Below, piece after piece: positions 17,396 to 26,948 of a stretch of DNA of 42,833 nucleotides. Position numbers and translations under genes: made by a program. The DNA lies in the IMG/VR virus record IMGVR_UViG_3300010376_000065, positions 1 through 42,833 of that record, one strand, 5' to 3'. Numbering within the stretch: position 1 is the stretch's first letter; the number at the start of each line of letters is the position of its first letter. Origin of the DNA: a virus (lineage: Duplodnaviria > Caudoviricetes). A model generated the notes under the pieces. The model saw only the letters and a list, made by a program, of their open reading frames with translations. It did no database searches and was not told the origin of the DNA.

Positions 17396-17491
17396 GGCCC
17401 TGCCCCTTGTGTTGAACCCCAAACGTGTGGTTAGGGTGCTTAGAATAGACTAATGGCATTAGCCGGCTTTTTTGTGGCAATGAGACACGTT

Positions 17492-17995
17492 TTACTCTGT
17501 ACAAACGGGTGCCACAGCGCCCAGCCGCACCCTCATTAAACTCCAATCCGTATCTACGAGCACTTCACTCCCTGCAACTCTAATGATCGTCGCCCGAATA
17601 GTCCGTACCGGCAAATGCACGTGGACGCTCATTCCGCGACGGTACGGAGATTCGGCTCGGCATTCACGGACCAGTTCATTCCGCGATTCCATGGCCCTGA
17701 TCCCATGTATCACCCAATCGGGCAACCGCGATATTTGTCCGTCTAACGCTAGACGAACAAACCACGTGCGCACAGGCAGCGATAAGAGAGCCCTCTGGTG
17801 CTCGAATCCATCAGCCACAAAGATATAACCGGGATACACAGGGGCTCTCACGGTTATAGGAGATCGCTTCTTAGCGGGGCGAGTTATCCTGTCATAGACA
17901 GGATAATACGTCTCGATATGTGGCAGGCGTTCGGCCATATACTCCAGGTATCGATCTTGGCTTTGTGGATTCAACCGAAGGAGTGCCCACATCAC
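17492..17995 (-). CDS. NusG/RfaH-family transcription antiterminator
   Basis: NGN motifs YYP...PVYPGYIFV, then a KOW-like C-terminus (YRRGMSVHV). Confidence 0.8.
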   Translation of the reverse strand: MMWALLRLNPQSQDRYLEYMAERLPHIETYYPVYDRITRPAKKRSPITVRAPVYPGYIFVADGFEHQRALLSLPVRTWFVRLALDGQISRLPDWVIHGIRAMESRNELVRECRAESPYRRGMSVHVHLPVRTIRATIIRVAGSEVLVDTDWSLMRVRLGAVAPVCTE

Positions 17996-19665
17996 TCTTC
18001 CTCCTTATTACCAGATAGCCATTGTTCGATCACATACTTATCGAACATGTCCAGAGGCAAGGCCCAGCAACTGCGATAGAAGTCCCTCCCCTCACCCCTT
18101 GTTGTTTTATCGCCCTTATCAGTTAAGAAAAGTTTGAGGGCATCCATCTCCTTGCGGCGCAGATTAAATACGCGAATGCAATATGCCTCGAGTTTATCCC
18201 ACTTAAAATATACGCGATTGTGCTCCACCTTGATGCGCACATCTTTGCCGAGCTTGCCATCCAGATAATCTTGGCCTCCTTGCCTTACACCCCATGGGAT
18301 ATGCATCCCGATATAGCGTTGGATCATGCCCACCTCATCTGCGCTCGTGCGGAACAATTCAGGTGGCTCTACAACAGTTGCCTCTTCTAGAGCCTGCCGT
18401 AATATCTTATCCCAGTCTCCCTGTGACATCATTGATGGAAATGCTACACCATGTGATAAACACTTCGCTCTGTATTGCTTTAGGTTAAGGATTTCCTCGC
18501 CAAATGATATACGATGTTCACCCACATTCACAATAAACTTCTGTGGAATGCTATTCCAAATAGTCATGCCTAGCTCGCGATGCTGGGCCGATTCAGCCCC
18601 AGACCCCACGCCAAATTTCATTTTGCGACAAGCAAATGGATTGCAATGGCTATTGATAGGCTCATCATTGCACCGATACTCGTAATCCTTATTCCTCATG
18701 TCCTTCTTTAATTGTTGGAGCCTTTCTAGGCTGCCGGCTGGCTTCAGCACGTACATATTGACCCAATCCAGCGCCTGCTCCCAGTTATCGGGATACTTGC
18801 GCTTGATAAACGTAATCACATTACACAGAAAATTATTCTGCATATGTGTGCATCGATTCTGTGCAATGGTCCACAAACAGCATGGCCCATCACAAAACAT
18901 TGTACGGATAGTATCCTCCTCGCTCTCCTCTGCAGACCACAATCCACTGGTATTTTTCTTTTTACCGTTCTTGCGGGCCTCGGCCTTAATGCTATCTTCT
19001 GTTCCAATAATAGCCAAGAACTCCTCGCGTGTCATTAAACTTTTCTCTGCTTTATTGAGATACTCTAATAGAGTAAGGGGCTTACCATTATCTGACATCC
19101 CACATTGCTCGGCGAAGATGTCTGCAGTTGGCCCATAAGGCAGAAATGTCCAGCTCGGAGCATCCTTCTCCGACTCCAGTTTATCTTGTTTGGGGAATAT
19201 TTCGTTGCCTGCAAACCCGAGACGAGCTGATAATATCTGCGCGCCTCGTCGGGCTAACTCTGCTTCAATAGGCGTTTTAAAGAATATAATAACACGGATC
19301 CCACCGCTTTTAGTACGATTTGCGACGAATGGTATACCTGATTCTGTGAGCCTCCGCATTATCTCTTCGTAGTCGAAATTGTATGCTTCGCCGTCGATCT
19401 TGTCTAAATCCAGCTCCAAGCGCCAACACATCCCATCCGGCAATAGTGGCCCAATGCCAAGAGCCATTCGCCCTTCTAGATGGGCAATGAAATCGTCTAT
19501 CTCAGCGGGTCGCCACCTCCATCCAACACCGTGATTAGCCCTGTCATATTCGTTCTTATTCTTTTCTGCCACGAATTTGGTTTTTGTTGGATCACCGTAC
19601 CCATGGCCCTTATCAAATCCCAGAAACAGCCGCATAAACCGCTTCACCAACAAGATATCAGTCAT
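17992..19665 (-). CDS. archaeo-eukaryotic-type primase with C-terminal Cys-cluster/accessory domains
   Basis: LGIGPL...LDLD (motif I), RTKSGG (motif II region), EIFPKQ...LPY, GPCCL, YRCNDEPINSHC...C; GGAGG RBS. Confidence 0.8.
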   Translation of the reverse strand: MTDILLVKRFMRLFLGFDKGHGYGDPTKTKFVAEKNKNEYDRANHGVGWRWRPAEIDDFIAHLEGRMALGIGPLLPDGMCWRLELDLDKIDGEAYNFDYEEIMRRLTESGIPFVANRTKSGGIRVIIFFKTPIEAELARRGAQILSARLGFAGNEIFPKQDKLESEKDAPSWTFLPYGPTADIFAEQCGMSDNGKPLTLLEYLNKAEKSLMTREEFLAIIGTEDSIKAEARKNGKKKNTSGLWSAEESEEDTIRTMFCDGPCCLWTIAQNRCTHMQNNFLCNVITFIKRKYPDNWEQALDWVNMYVLKPAGSLERLQQLKKDMRNKDYEYRCNDEPINSHCNPFACRKMKFGVGSGAESAQHRELGMTIWNSIPQKFIVNVGEHRISFGEEILNLKQYRAKCLSHGVAFPSMMSQGDWDKILRQALEEATVVEPPELFRTSADEVGMIQRYIGMHIPWGVRQGGQDYLDGKLGKDVRIKVEHNRVYFKWDKLEAYCIRVFNLRRKEMDALKLFLTDKGDKTTRGEGRDFYRSCWALPLDMFDKYVIEQWLSGNKEEE

Positions 19666-19729
19666 GGCACGACCTCCCTGGACGAGGGCCCTCAGGACCC
19701 TGTCTCCAGCTAGTTGAATTGTGAGATGT

Positions 19730-19753
19730 TTCCCCCTAAAGTATTAGGGGGAA
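19730..19753. repeat. 10-bp inverted repeat TTCCCCCTAA-agta-TTAGGGGGAA upstream of the primase
   Basis: Read directly from the sequence. Confidence 0.7.
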
Positions 19754-19807
19754 TGTCCCCCGAAATTACTACTTGCAATCCAGCCGTGGCAATGCTATAT
19801 ATAATTC

Positions 19808-19887
19808 TACTAGACACGTTCAGTCTCCACGACCCACGGTTGGATTACAATGCCGGGCTCCTGTCCCCCAGGAGCCCGGACCTTTTT
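19808..19887 (+). ncRNA. candidate small antisense RNA
   Basis: Promoter TTGCAA-17-TATATA (19773-19801, TG-extended), then an 11-bp stem CCGGGCTCCTG/CAGGAGCCCGG plus TTTTT; no credible ORF inside. Confidence 0.5.
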
Positions 19888-19958
19888 GACAATGATTACA
19901 AACGTGTAACAGCGTAAACCTAACAGAGTTAGGATGCAACCCCGCCGCAGGTACCACC

Positions 19959-20441
19959 TCAGTTCAGGGCACACATCAGCTTTTCGACAACCCTGATCCA
20001 AATGCCGCGACCACCTTCGGCACCACGCCCCGGCACCCAGATTATTTGGACCTGAAACTCGTTCTTGCCGCTACCGGGCAGGTCGGCACTATTTTCCCAC
20101 TCAGTAACCAGCCATTCCAACTCGCGCTCGCTACCATGCGGGTCGATGCTGTTGGTTATGGCATCCAACACAATGTTGGACTCGCAATTGTCGGAGTGGT
20201 AGCTATTAACGAAGGCAAAGTGCTCCGACTCACGATCTTCTGGGGTACCATGGAACACCACCAAATCGTTATAGATCTCCATGGTGTACTCTATTCCCTC
20301 CACACAGGCGATGCATCCAAATTGCTGATTGGTGCCAGCATCGGTAAGAAGGATTGGGTGGGCCTTGGCCTCAGTCAGTGTCGCCACCACATCGGCCCGG
20401 ATCTTTTGTATAGCTTGTTCAAACTCGACTACAGAAGGCAT
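19959..20441 (-). CDS. hypothetical protein
   Basis: AAGGAG RBS; promoter TTGCAT-17-TACCAT at 20474-20502 (-). Confidence 0.7.
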   Translation of the reverse strand: MPSVVEFEQAIQKIRADVVATLTEAKAHPILLTDAGTNQQFGCIACVEGIEYTMEIYNDLVVFHGTPEDRESEHFAFVNSYHSDNCESNIVLDAITNSIDPHGSERELEWLVTEWENSADLPGSGKNEFQVQIIWVPGRGAEGGRGIWIRVVEKLMCALN

Positions 20442-20547
20442 GACACGTATCTCCTTGGTTGCCTTGGTACCTTATGGTAATATAATGAAGCATTTGATGC
20501 AACCTTGATTACCCCACCAAGAAAAACTCGCCCCTAATAGTACCCGG

Positions 20548-20742
20548 TTATCCCAGGTACCATCCATCGGCCCAACGCCATTGGCGATTGCCATTAGTGA
20601 GTAGGGCTCCATGATTGTCAGGCCACTCGCCATAGTCGCCCATGGTCAGCACCTTCTGTGTGGCCTCTTCTTTAGTTAAATTCTCAGCGACAAGTATTCG
20701 CTGAGAATCATCTTTAAGATCGACTGCATATAGCTGATACAT
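20548..20742 (-). CDS. hypothetical protein
   Basis: GGGAG RBS. Confidence 0.55.
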   Translation of the reverse strand: MYQLYAVDLKDDSQRILVAENLTKEEATQKVLTMGDYGEWPDNHGALLTNGNRQWRWADGWYLG

Positions 20743-20784
20743 GGCCCACTCCCAAGTTGTGCCCCAGTCGAGTGCAATACTGAA

Positions 20785-21171
20785 TTAGTAGCCGGATATC
20801 TCGTTGTGTGTCTTGTGCTCCATTGTATCGGCATTGTCCCGAGGTATTATCTCCTCTTCCTCTGGCCCAGGCATTGGTTGCCAGCCCACCACCTCAGTGG
20901 TGCCACCGACCACATGAACAAATTGATCTTGGCACCAGTTCCAGCCCACATACTCCCAGTGCCCAGGCTCAATTGCCCCCTGTGGGATGTCTCCCCCAGG
21001 GGACAACTCGATTTGTGGCATCCAATGTCCCATGGTCACATATATCGTGCCGGGCACAGCATCCACCAACTGGTGTTCACTTGCCTCGGTCACCTTAACC
21101 ATTAGCAGCACATCTTCGTTGGGGTACTCATCCGGTACTTCTTTGTACTCACTCATTGCTTTCCACATCAC
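20785..21171 (-). CDS. DUF551-like protein
   Basis: N-terminal WKAM..P..EDVLL and C-terminal VVGWQPMPGP. Confidence 0.6.
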   Translation of the reverse strand: MMWKAMSEYKEVPDEYPNEDVLLMVKVTEASEHQLVDAVPGTIYVTMGHWMPQIELSPGGDIPQGAIEPGHWEYVGWNWCQDQFVHVVGGTTEVVGWQPMPGPEEEEIIPRDNADTMEHKTHNEISGY

Positions 21172-21356
21172 TGCCTCCTTCGTTTGCGGTTGACACCTTG
21201 CATCACGAGCCTACGATAGCTGGCTCGTGCTACTTCCAAATCAGCCTTGGCTTGCTGCCACGCGGCGCGACTAGCATCATCGTGGACACGCATGGTGTCC
21301 ACGAGACGACGTAGGCGCAAGAACTCCGCGCGGGCATTATAGGCTGGATCATCCAT
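21168..21356 (-). CDS. hypothetical protein
   Basis: GGAGG RBS; coupled. Confidence 0.55.
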   Translation of the reverse strand: MDDPAYNARAEFLRLRRLVDTMRVHDDASRAAWQQAKADLEVARASYRRLVMQGVNRKRRRQ

Positions 21357-21361
21357 TACCC

Positions 21362-21694
21362 CTATCCTCCCCAGAACTGAGCCGTGCTCGGCTCCGCCCT
21401 GATTATGATAAACTTCTGCACCTTATCGTACTTAAGATCGTACATCGCCCACAGCCGAGCCATACGATCGTTACCATATCGCTTGCTGGTGAGCTGCTTC
21501 GTCCGTGACAATTCGACAACACGGTCGAGGTATTGGCCGACTGTCATGCCGACTTGGTATTGGTTGAACCGCAGCACTCGCTCGGGCTGTATGTGGTGAC
21601 CACCATGCTCATTTATTTGCATAATACGAGCATTGAGTGGAAAGTCTGGCAGCCGCTTTGCGATGGGCCACGCGACTCGTTGTGATACAGACAT
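21362..21694 (-). CDS. hypothetical protein, paralogue of the C-terminal domain of 16228..16767
   Basis: RFNQYQVGMTVGQYLD...DLKYDKVQKFI; start ATG 21694 with GAGGAG; promoter TTGCGC-17-TATTAT at 21729-21757. Confidence 0.7.
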   Translation of the reverse strand: MSVSQRVAWPIAKRLPDFPLNARIMQINEHGGHHIQPERVLRFNQYQVGMTVGQYLDRVVELSRTKQLTSKRYGNDRMARLWAMYDLKYDKVQKFIIIRAEPSTAQFWGG

Positions 21695-21769
21695 AATACG
21701 CTCCTCTGGTTTATATGTTGTAAAGCAAATAATACACCAGGGGCATAAGGAGCGCAATAATGAATGTAT

Positions 21770-21801
21770 AAAAAGATGCGGCCGCAGGTTTCCCCGCGGC
21801 C
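21770..21801 (-). terminator. probable terminator
   Basis: GGCCGC/GCGGCC stem with a T-run on the minus strand after the stop at 21836. Confidence 0.5.
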
Positions 21802-21835
21802 ACACCCCATCACCCTAGTCGCTTGGGAGGTCAAA

Positions 21836-22225
21836 CTAGGGGAGAACGTTGGTGAACCCTGCTCCCGCGCCAAAGCCCGTGTTGCCACCAGTGATGGTGG
21901 AATGTGCCGTAGAATTCGGTCCAAATGCAACCGCACCCTGGACGCCATTGGTGGTCCCGGCAGAGGCGCCGATACCCTGAGATACGCCACCGACAGGCGT
22001 GGCAACCGCAACACCAGCACCGACCGAGGTATTGGTCGAGGTGGCGACAGCACCAGCCGCCGCGATACCAGTCGCAGTAGCAGTCGTGGCTTGGTTGGAT
22101 TGGCTAGTGGCAAAACCAGAGCCGATTGCCAAGGTGGACGCGGCCTGAGCCGGGGTCGCAAGCGGGGGAATTGCAGCAGCCGAGATGGCCGCTGCAGAGA
22201 CCGTAGCCAAGATAAACGACTTCAT
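21836..22225 (-). CDS. secreted Ala/Gly/Thr/Ser-rich protein
   Basis: Signal peptide ending AQA; GAGGAG RBS; almost no charged residues. Confidence 0.75.
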   Translation of the reverse strand: MKSFILATVSAAAISAAAIPPLATPAQAASTLAIGSGFATSQSNQATTATATGIAAAGAVATSTNTSVGAGVAVATPVGGVSQGIGASAGTTNGVQGAVAFGPNSTAHSTITGGNTGFGAGAGFTNVLP

Positions 22226-22238
22226 GCTTTAGCTCCTC

Positions 22239-22970
22239 TTAGGGCTGCCGTGAAAGAGATGCAGTATGGGACCAAGCTCGGCAGCGGCGCTCGGTAACAT
22301 CATAATCGTTGCATGTGCGGAGGCGACCCTTTTTGTCGTACACTTCGACAGGGCCACCAGAATACTGTTGATAGTCTGCCTCACTAGCGGGCTGGTATCC
22401 ATTGGCTGGATACACAGCGACAGTCGGTGTCGCCGCATAGCGTGGGAGATATATCTGGCACACCTCCGGCATGGAATTATAAATTTCATCTCGGAGGCAT
22501 AGCCGGGCGATGGCGGCTTTCTTCAAACCGAAGCTCCAGAGGGTCCGTGCATCTAGTCGCGCGGAGCACCCCGCATCGGGGATTGTGCCACCACCTGTGA
22601 GACCTGTGCCCAACCATGAGGCACCCAGAGAGACCGACCCCAAGCACGTTTCCAACCCGGCTGAGGTTAATCCGGGTGCATAGGCATTCGGCACGTTGCT
22701 AATGGAACCGTGCTGGTTGATGTCTTGTGCTGAAAACGTTGAAGCTGGTGTGGCACCGAAGTTAACGGTGGAATTCCCGTTGCCGGTAGCCGTGGCATTG
22801 GAGCGAGCGTTGCCGCCTCGGCCCCCTTGCCCAGAGATGGCTACAGCATTCGAGGCTGAATTGGACCTTGACTTAGCGACACCAACCCCGACTCCTGTCG
22901 CATTCTGTGCATGTGCTATTGTGGGGAGTACCATGACTCCAATTAATAGAGACAGTCGTAGCCTCTGCAT
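22239..22970 (-). CDS. secreted protein with a Cys-patterned domain (TCLGS...DxGC..R.DAR.L...G....A.ARLC)
   Basis: Signal peptide ending AHA; promoter TTGCCA-17-CATCTT at 23036-23064 (-). Confidence 0.75.
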   Translation of the reverse strand: MQRLRLSLLIGVMVLPTIAHAQNATGVGVGVAKSRSNSASNAVAISGQGGRGGNARSNATATGNGNSTVNFGATPASTFSAQDINQHGSISNVPNAYAPGLTSAGLETCLGSVSLGASWLGTGLTGGGTIPDAGCSARLDARTLWSFGLKKAAIARLCLRDEIYNSMPEVCQIYLPRYAATPTVAVYPANGYQPASEADYQQYSGGPVEVYDKKGRLRTCNDYDVTERRCRAWSHTASLSRQP

Positions 22971-23151
22971 AGTGTAGTCCCCTTTGTGCTATGCTGGAAG
23001 AATATAAGGCTGAATTGCCCCCGTAACGTGGCGCTAAGATGGCACAATAACGGCCTGATGGCAACTGCTTTAGTTGGTGATACCACAGTTTTGCCGCCGA
23101 TGTGGCGCGGCTACAACACGATTGATTGACTCCCCTAAACTACCCTGCTTT

Positions 23152-23634
23152 TCAGCAGGGAGCTCCATCAAGGGTGTGGCAGCGCGATTCTGTGGTCACA
23201 TCGATATTGTTGGGCCACTGTGGAACCTTATCGAAAACCACTGGTTTCGGTGGCTCCGACACCTCACCAATGATTTGTGAGTCGGCCAACACCATAACAT
23301 TGAATGGATAGGCGCCATAATGGACCAGATACATCGTGAACCGCGCACCATCTTTATAGCGAATAGCTGGTTCTGTGTACGCGACAACGACTTTGAATCC
23401 CTTGTCCAAGCGTAGGCATTCTTTAGAGTCCGTAAAGACCCTGCCAAACTCAAGGGGGAACTGAGCAGCCCTGTGGAGTTTGTTTGTTTCTTCATGTGTC
23501 GAGCATACGAACATGAGCTGCTTGATCTCCATTTCCCGCCCAGCTTGACCGTAGTCTCGCCCGCCAACATCCTGGGCATTGGCGGCGGAGTTCAGCGCAA
23601 TGGCCGCAACCCCGGCTAATAGAATCTTATTCAT
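23152..23634 (-). CDS. secreted hypothetical protein
   Basis: Signal peptide MNKILLAGVAAIALNSAANA; AAGGAG RBS; promoter TTGTTC-17-TATTAT at 23666-23694. Confidence 0.75.
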   Translation of the reverse strand: MNKILLAGVAAIALNSAANAQDVGGRDYGQAGREMEIKQLMFVCSTHEETNKLHRAAQFPLEFGRVFTDSKECLRLDKGFKVVVAYTEPAIRYKDGARFTMYLVHYGAYPFNVMVLADSQIIGEVSEPPKPVVFDKVPQWPNNIDVTTESRCHTLDGAPC

Positions 23635-23735
23635 GGCACGGCTCCTTTGGTTTGCATGTGCCTATAATATACTGTGATGAGGTGTTGTGAACAAGCTTGA
23701 GTTCTAAAAAGATATTTTCCATATAATAGCTCGGC

Positions 23736-23924
23736 CTAAGCGGCCGAGCGCACCTCTGCTTTCTTTGCCTCGTGGTAGACTTTGAGCTTTGCTGCCATAC
23801 CACGGAATGGAGCTGTACCCGGCACCTCTTGCATCTCATCTATAAATGCATCCATGGCTGGGTTACTGAGATACCGACTCAGCACCTTGTATAGCCGCTC
23901 AGTCGTCGGTCTTGATACGGGCAT
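23736..23924 (-). CDS. hypothetical protein
   Basis: AGGGAG RBS. Confidence 0.55.
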   Translation of the reverse strand: MPVSRPTTERLYKVLSRYLSNPAMDAFIDEMQEVPGTAPFRGMAAKLKVYHEAKKAEVRSAA

Positions 23925-24502
23925 TTTCTAACTCCCTTAGCCGCCCCTCGTGGCGATTAGTCCACGTGGCCTGTGTGACAACGTAGGCGGCAGATAGGGT
24001 GAATTGCGTCCAGGCCCATATCGTGTCGAAATGGGCCGCGACGTATTGCTTCACCAACAATAGGTTCTGCATTCATGCCTCCAGCATTGAGTAGAGCAGG
24101 TAGGCACACGATCCTTACCCCACGCCCAAGCCATGCCGACCACGGCACAGAGGCAAAATGCCGCAACGAATAGTGCGACCGTTTTCCATGTAGCCGGTGG
24201 AGGTGGGGTCTCCTCTGGAGGCTCTTCGATTGGTCGCCAGTCCCGCAAGTCCATACGGGTTAAGTTGACTGCGGGGCCAAGCTCGTTGTCCATCAAAGCC
24301 ATGGCGCCCAGCCTCCATTTTCCACATCCCACTGTCGGGGGAGGGCACGTGAGCACACAATGATCCCGGCTATACCGAGGCCAATCATAGCCCCTGTTTG
24401 CCAGGACATAACTTCAAATATCCACATCACAGTTACTCCTCGGGTTAGTGCCATAACCCAAAGGTACATAACCAGAATGTTAGATACAATGCTGAATGTG
24501 GG

Positions 24503-24727
24503 CTAGAACTTAAAGAGATTTTTGTGGAAGCATATGGGCGAGGTATACCACTCCCCGTCGATCATAATCCGTGCTTGGTAATAGGAATAATACGGAACAA
24601 GAGCGTCTCTGGTGTATATAGGATACCAACTGGTCCATACAATGGCATCGTTGGACCCTCTCCACTCGGACTGCCCCCGCCCCCGCCCTCCTGTGTTGGG
24701 CGGGAGCTTAATGTCGATGGTGAGCAT
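24503..24727 (-). CDS. hypothetical protein
   Basis: ORF in a minus-strand gene run. Confidence 0.5.
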   Translation of the reverse strand: MLTIDIKLPPNTGGRGRGQSEWRGSNDAIVWTSWYPIYTRDALVPYYSYYQARIMIDGEWYTSPICFHKNLFKF

Positions 24728-25674
24728 ACATCACCCCATCAGGCCAATCTTACGTAGTATGCCGAGCAGTAGCTCTACGTAGTCATCGGGGATAAACGTT
24801 TCTATTTCCGTGTGGTCTACGGCCCAAGTATGGCCGTAGAGCCAGATCCATCCCAAGCTTAGCACGAATGCCAGCCCGATTAGCAGACGTGGCACGTAGG
24901 ATGAATAAGGTCGGGGCGGATTAGTCCCGCCGCTAGGCAGCATAGCAGAAACATCACTAATGCTCCCCACCATATGTCCTTCAGTTCGCGAATCCTGGGA
25001 ACGAAAGCATTGATCCAGAATCCGCACAGACTCGCCATGGCTAAGTATTGTGAGAGGTCCATTGGGGTTAAGTCCATGGCTAGGCATTTCTTTGTCCTGA
25101 CTCCCCACCTTGCTTGGTGCCTCGTTTTGCTCGTTTATAGCTTTTGACCTTGATCATGCCGCTCTTGCCGATTCTTCCGTATTTGGTTGGGTGTCGGCGC
25201 AAATGCCACCGCACCTCCACTTTCTGTGGCTTCTTTGTCATGGCTCGTTCCTTTGGGTAACCCCCAGCACAGCACTAAACCACAATGCTATAAGGAACGC
25301 TACCCTGATTGCCATATGAGTGGCGTTTTTATGGGCCAGATTTGTATCCCCAGCCCAAGAGCTGGTCCATCATGGTGCCATATCTCCACTCTATGAGCGC
25401 CTCGCGGTCTGCTGACATGCCTTGCCGGGGTTTCTTCGGCAGATTACCCTTGCGAGCCTTCTTGTCGGAATGGCGTTTACGTTTTGTACTCAGCCTTTTC
25501 ATGGTTCCATCTTTCGCCTGTAGATAACTCTAGTCTCGTGGACTTGCCACTCATTTCCTTTATGCTCCTCAGCAAGCTTGTTGCAGAGTAGCAGAGCGAC
25601 CTCGAAATCGGCCCCACCGAAGACTGCGGCTGTTTCTTCGGTAGCTGGGCATACGACACTATATTCCCTGTCTG

Positions 25675-26619
25675 TCATGTCACCACCTTATATGGTTTGG
25701 CTGCGGCTGGATTATCGTGTGGCCCACGCCAATGGCGAGACCACCAGAAGATGCCCGTTTTACGCGTCTTGAAGTGGCCGCGAACAAAGCGCCCACGAAT
25801 CTCGGTAGCAGTACCCGCCACCCGTTGAACCAATGAATCTTTATGTATCGCTCTAATCTTAAGCAGCGTGTGGTTCGCAACTGGAGGCTTGTAGCCTTTG
25901 TCACCGGGCTTGCGCTTGCTACGAGCCTTATTGATCTTGCTATTGTCTATATACTGCGTTTCCATTACATTTCGAGCATTAATCAATCCTAGTATAGCAA
26001 TGATATAGCGTATCTCACCTGCCCAATCCGAGCGCACCAGTTCAGCAATATGCTGCGGGTCAACATCGTCTGGACGGAACCTCCGGTTAATGTGAGCCAT
26101 GCCAAGCTGGATATAGCATCCTAGATGTGTACGGCCCACGTACATTGGGAACTTAGGGTCTGGCTCAACATCCTCGTATTCTAGCTCAGATGGGTCTTTT
26201 GTCATATCATACGTGACACACCCTTCACTCATATTATGTCGCCCACCGTTTGGGCTGAAATCAGTTAACGACCAGAATAGATAGGCATCCCAATGAGCGG
26301 CATTATCACCTCTTTGCTGACATAAGAACCCGACTCGAGATGGGGCATACTGCTCCTCCGGGAAATGGAATGTGGAGCGTGATTTCCATAGCTCTCTGTC
26401 AGCATGGCTGACCTCGAACCAACACAACGGGTGAGGCAGCCGGCACCAAGGCGCAATCCTCTCTAGCTCCTTGTAGTTTTCAACGAGCCCATCAGCGGCC
26501 AACGCGAAATCTGGCCCCAGAATAAATTTCTCTGAGGCCAGAATTGCACGTTGATATTGGGCAGAACCCTGGATGCAAGTCCGCATTAGCTCATCGTGAG
26601 CTATTTCGTCGCAGAGCAT
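25675..26619 (-). CDS. conserved phage protein with a C-terminal RGHF/HWRG motif
   Basis: RLPHPLCWFE...LINA...FVRGHFKTRKTGIFWWSRHWRG; start ATG 26619 with GGGGGAG RBS. Confidence 0.75.
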   Translation of the reverse strand: MLCDEIAHDELMRTCIQGSAQYQRAILASEKFILGPDFALAADGLVENYKELERIAPWCRLPHPLCWFEVSHADRELWKSRSTFHFPEEQYAPSRVGFLCQQRGDNAAHWDAYLFWSLTDFSPNGGRHNMSEGCVTYDMTKDPSELEYEDVEPDPKFPMYVGRTHLGCYIQLGMAHINRRFRPDDVDPQHIAELVRSDWAGEIRYIIAILGLINARNVMETQYIDNSKINKARSKRKPGDKGYKPPVANHTLLKIRAIHKDSLVQRVAGTATEIRGRFVRGHFKTRKTGIFWWSRHWRGPHDNPAAAKPYKVVT

Positions 26620-26948
26620 CTTTCTCCCCCTTGTGGTCCCCACACCAAATCATCACGGCCTTCAAGTACGCGGGCACGTGCTTGTTATCATACTCTTCAA
26701 TTGCCGCTTCCACATGCTCCTCAACGGACTTTTCCTTGTTGTCTAAGACCATTTTATTCTCCCTCATTATCTGAAGGCGCCTTACTCGGTGCCTTACACG
26801 CCAGTACCTAGACATGTCGCCCTCACTTCAGTTTCCAAACTTCCAGTTAGGGTGGGGGAGGTGTCCCCCCGGTGCTGACCGACCGCACAGTAGCGGGATG
26901 TCATACTGTGCCCCACCCTAGCTCTCCCAGGGACTGCTTGCGCGGCCC

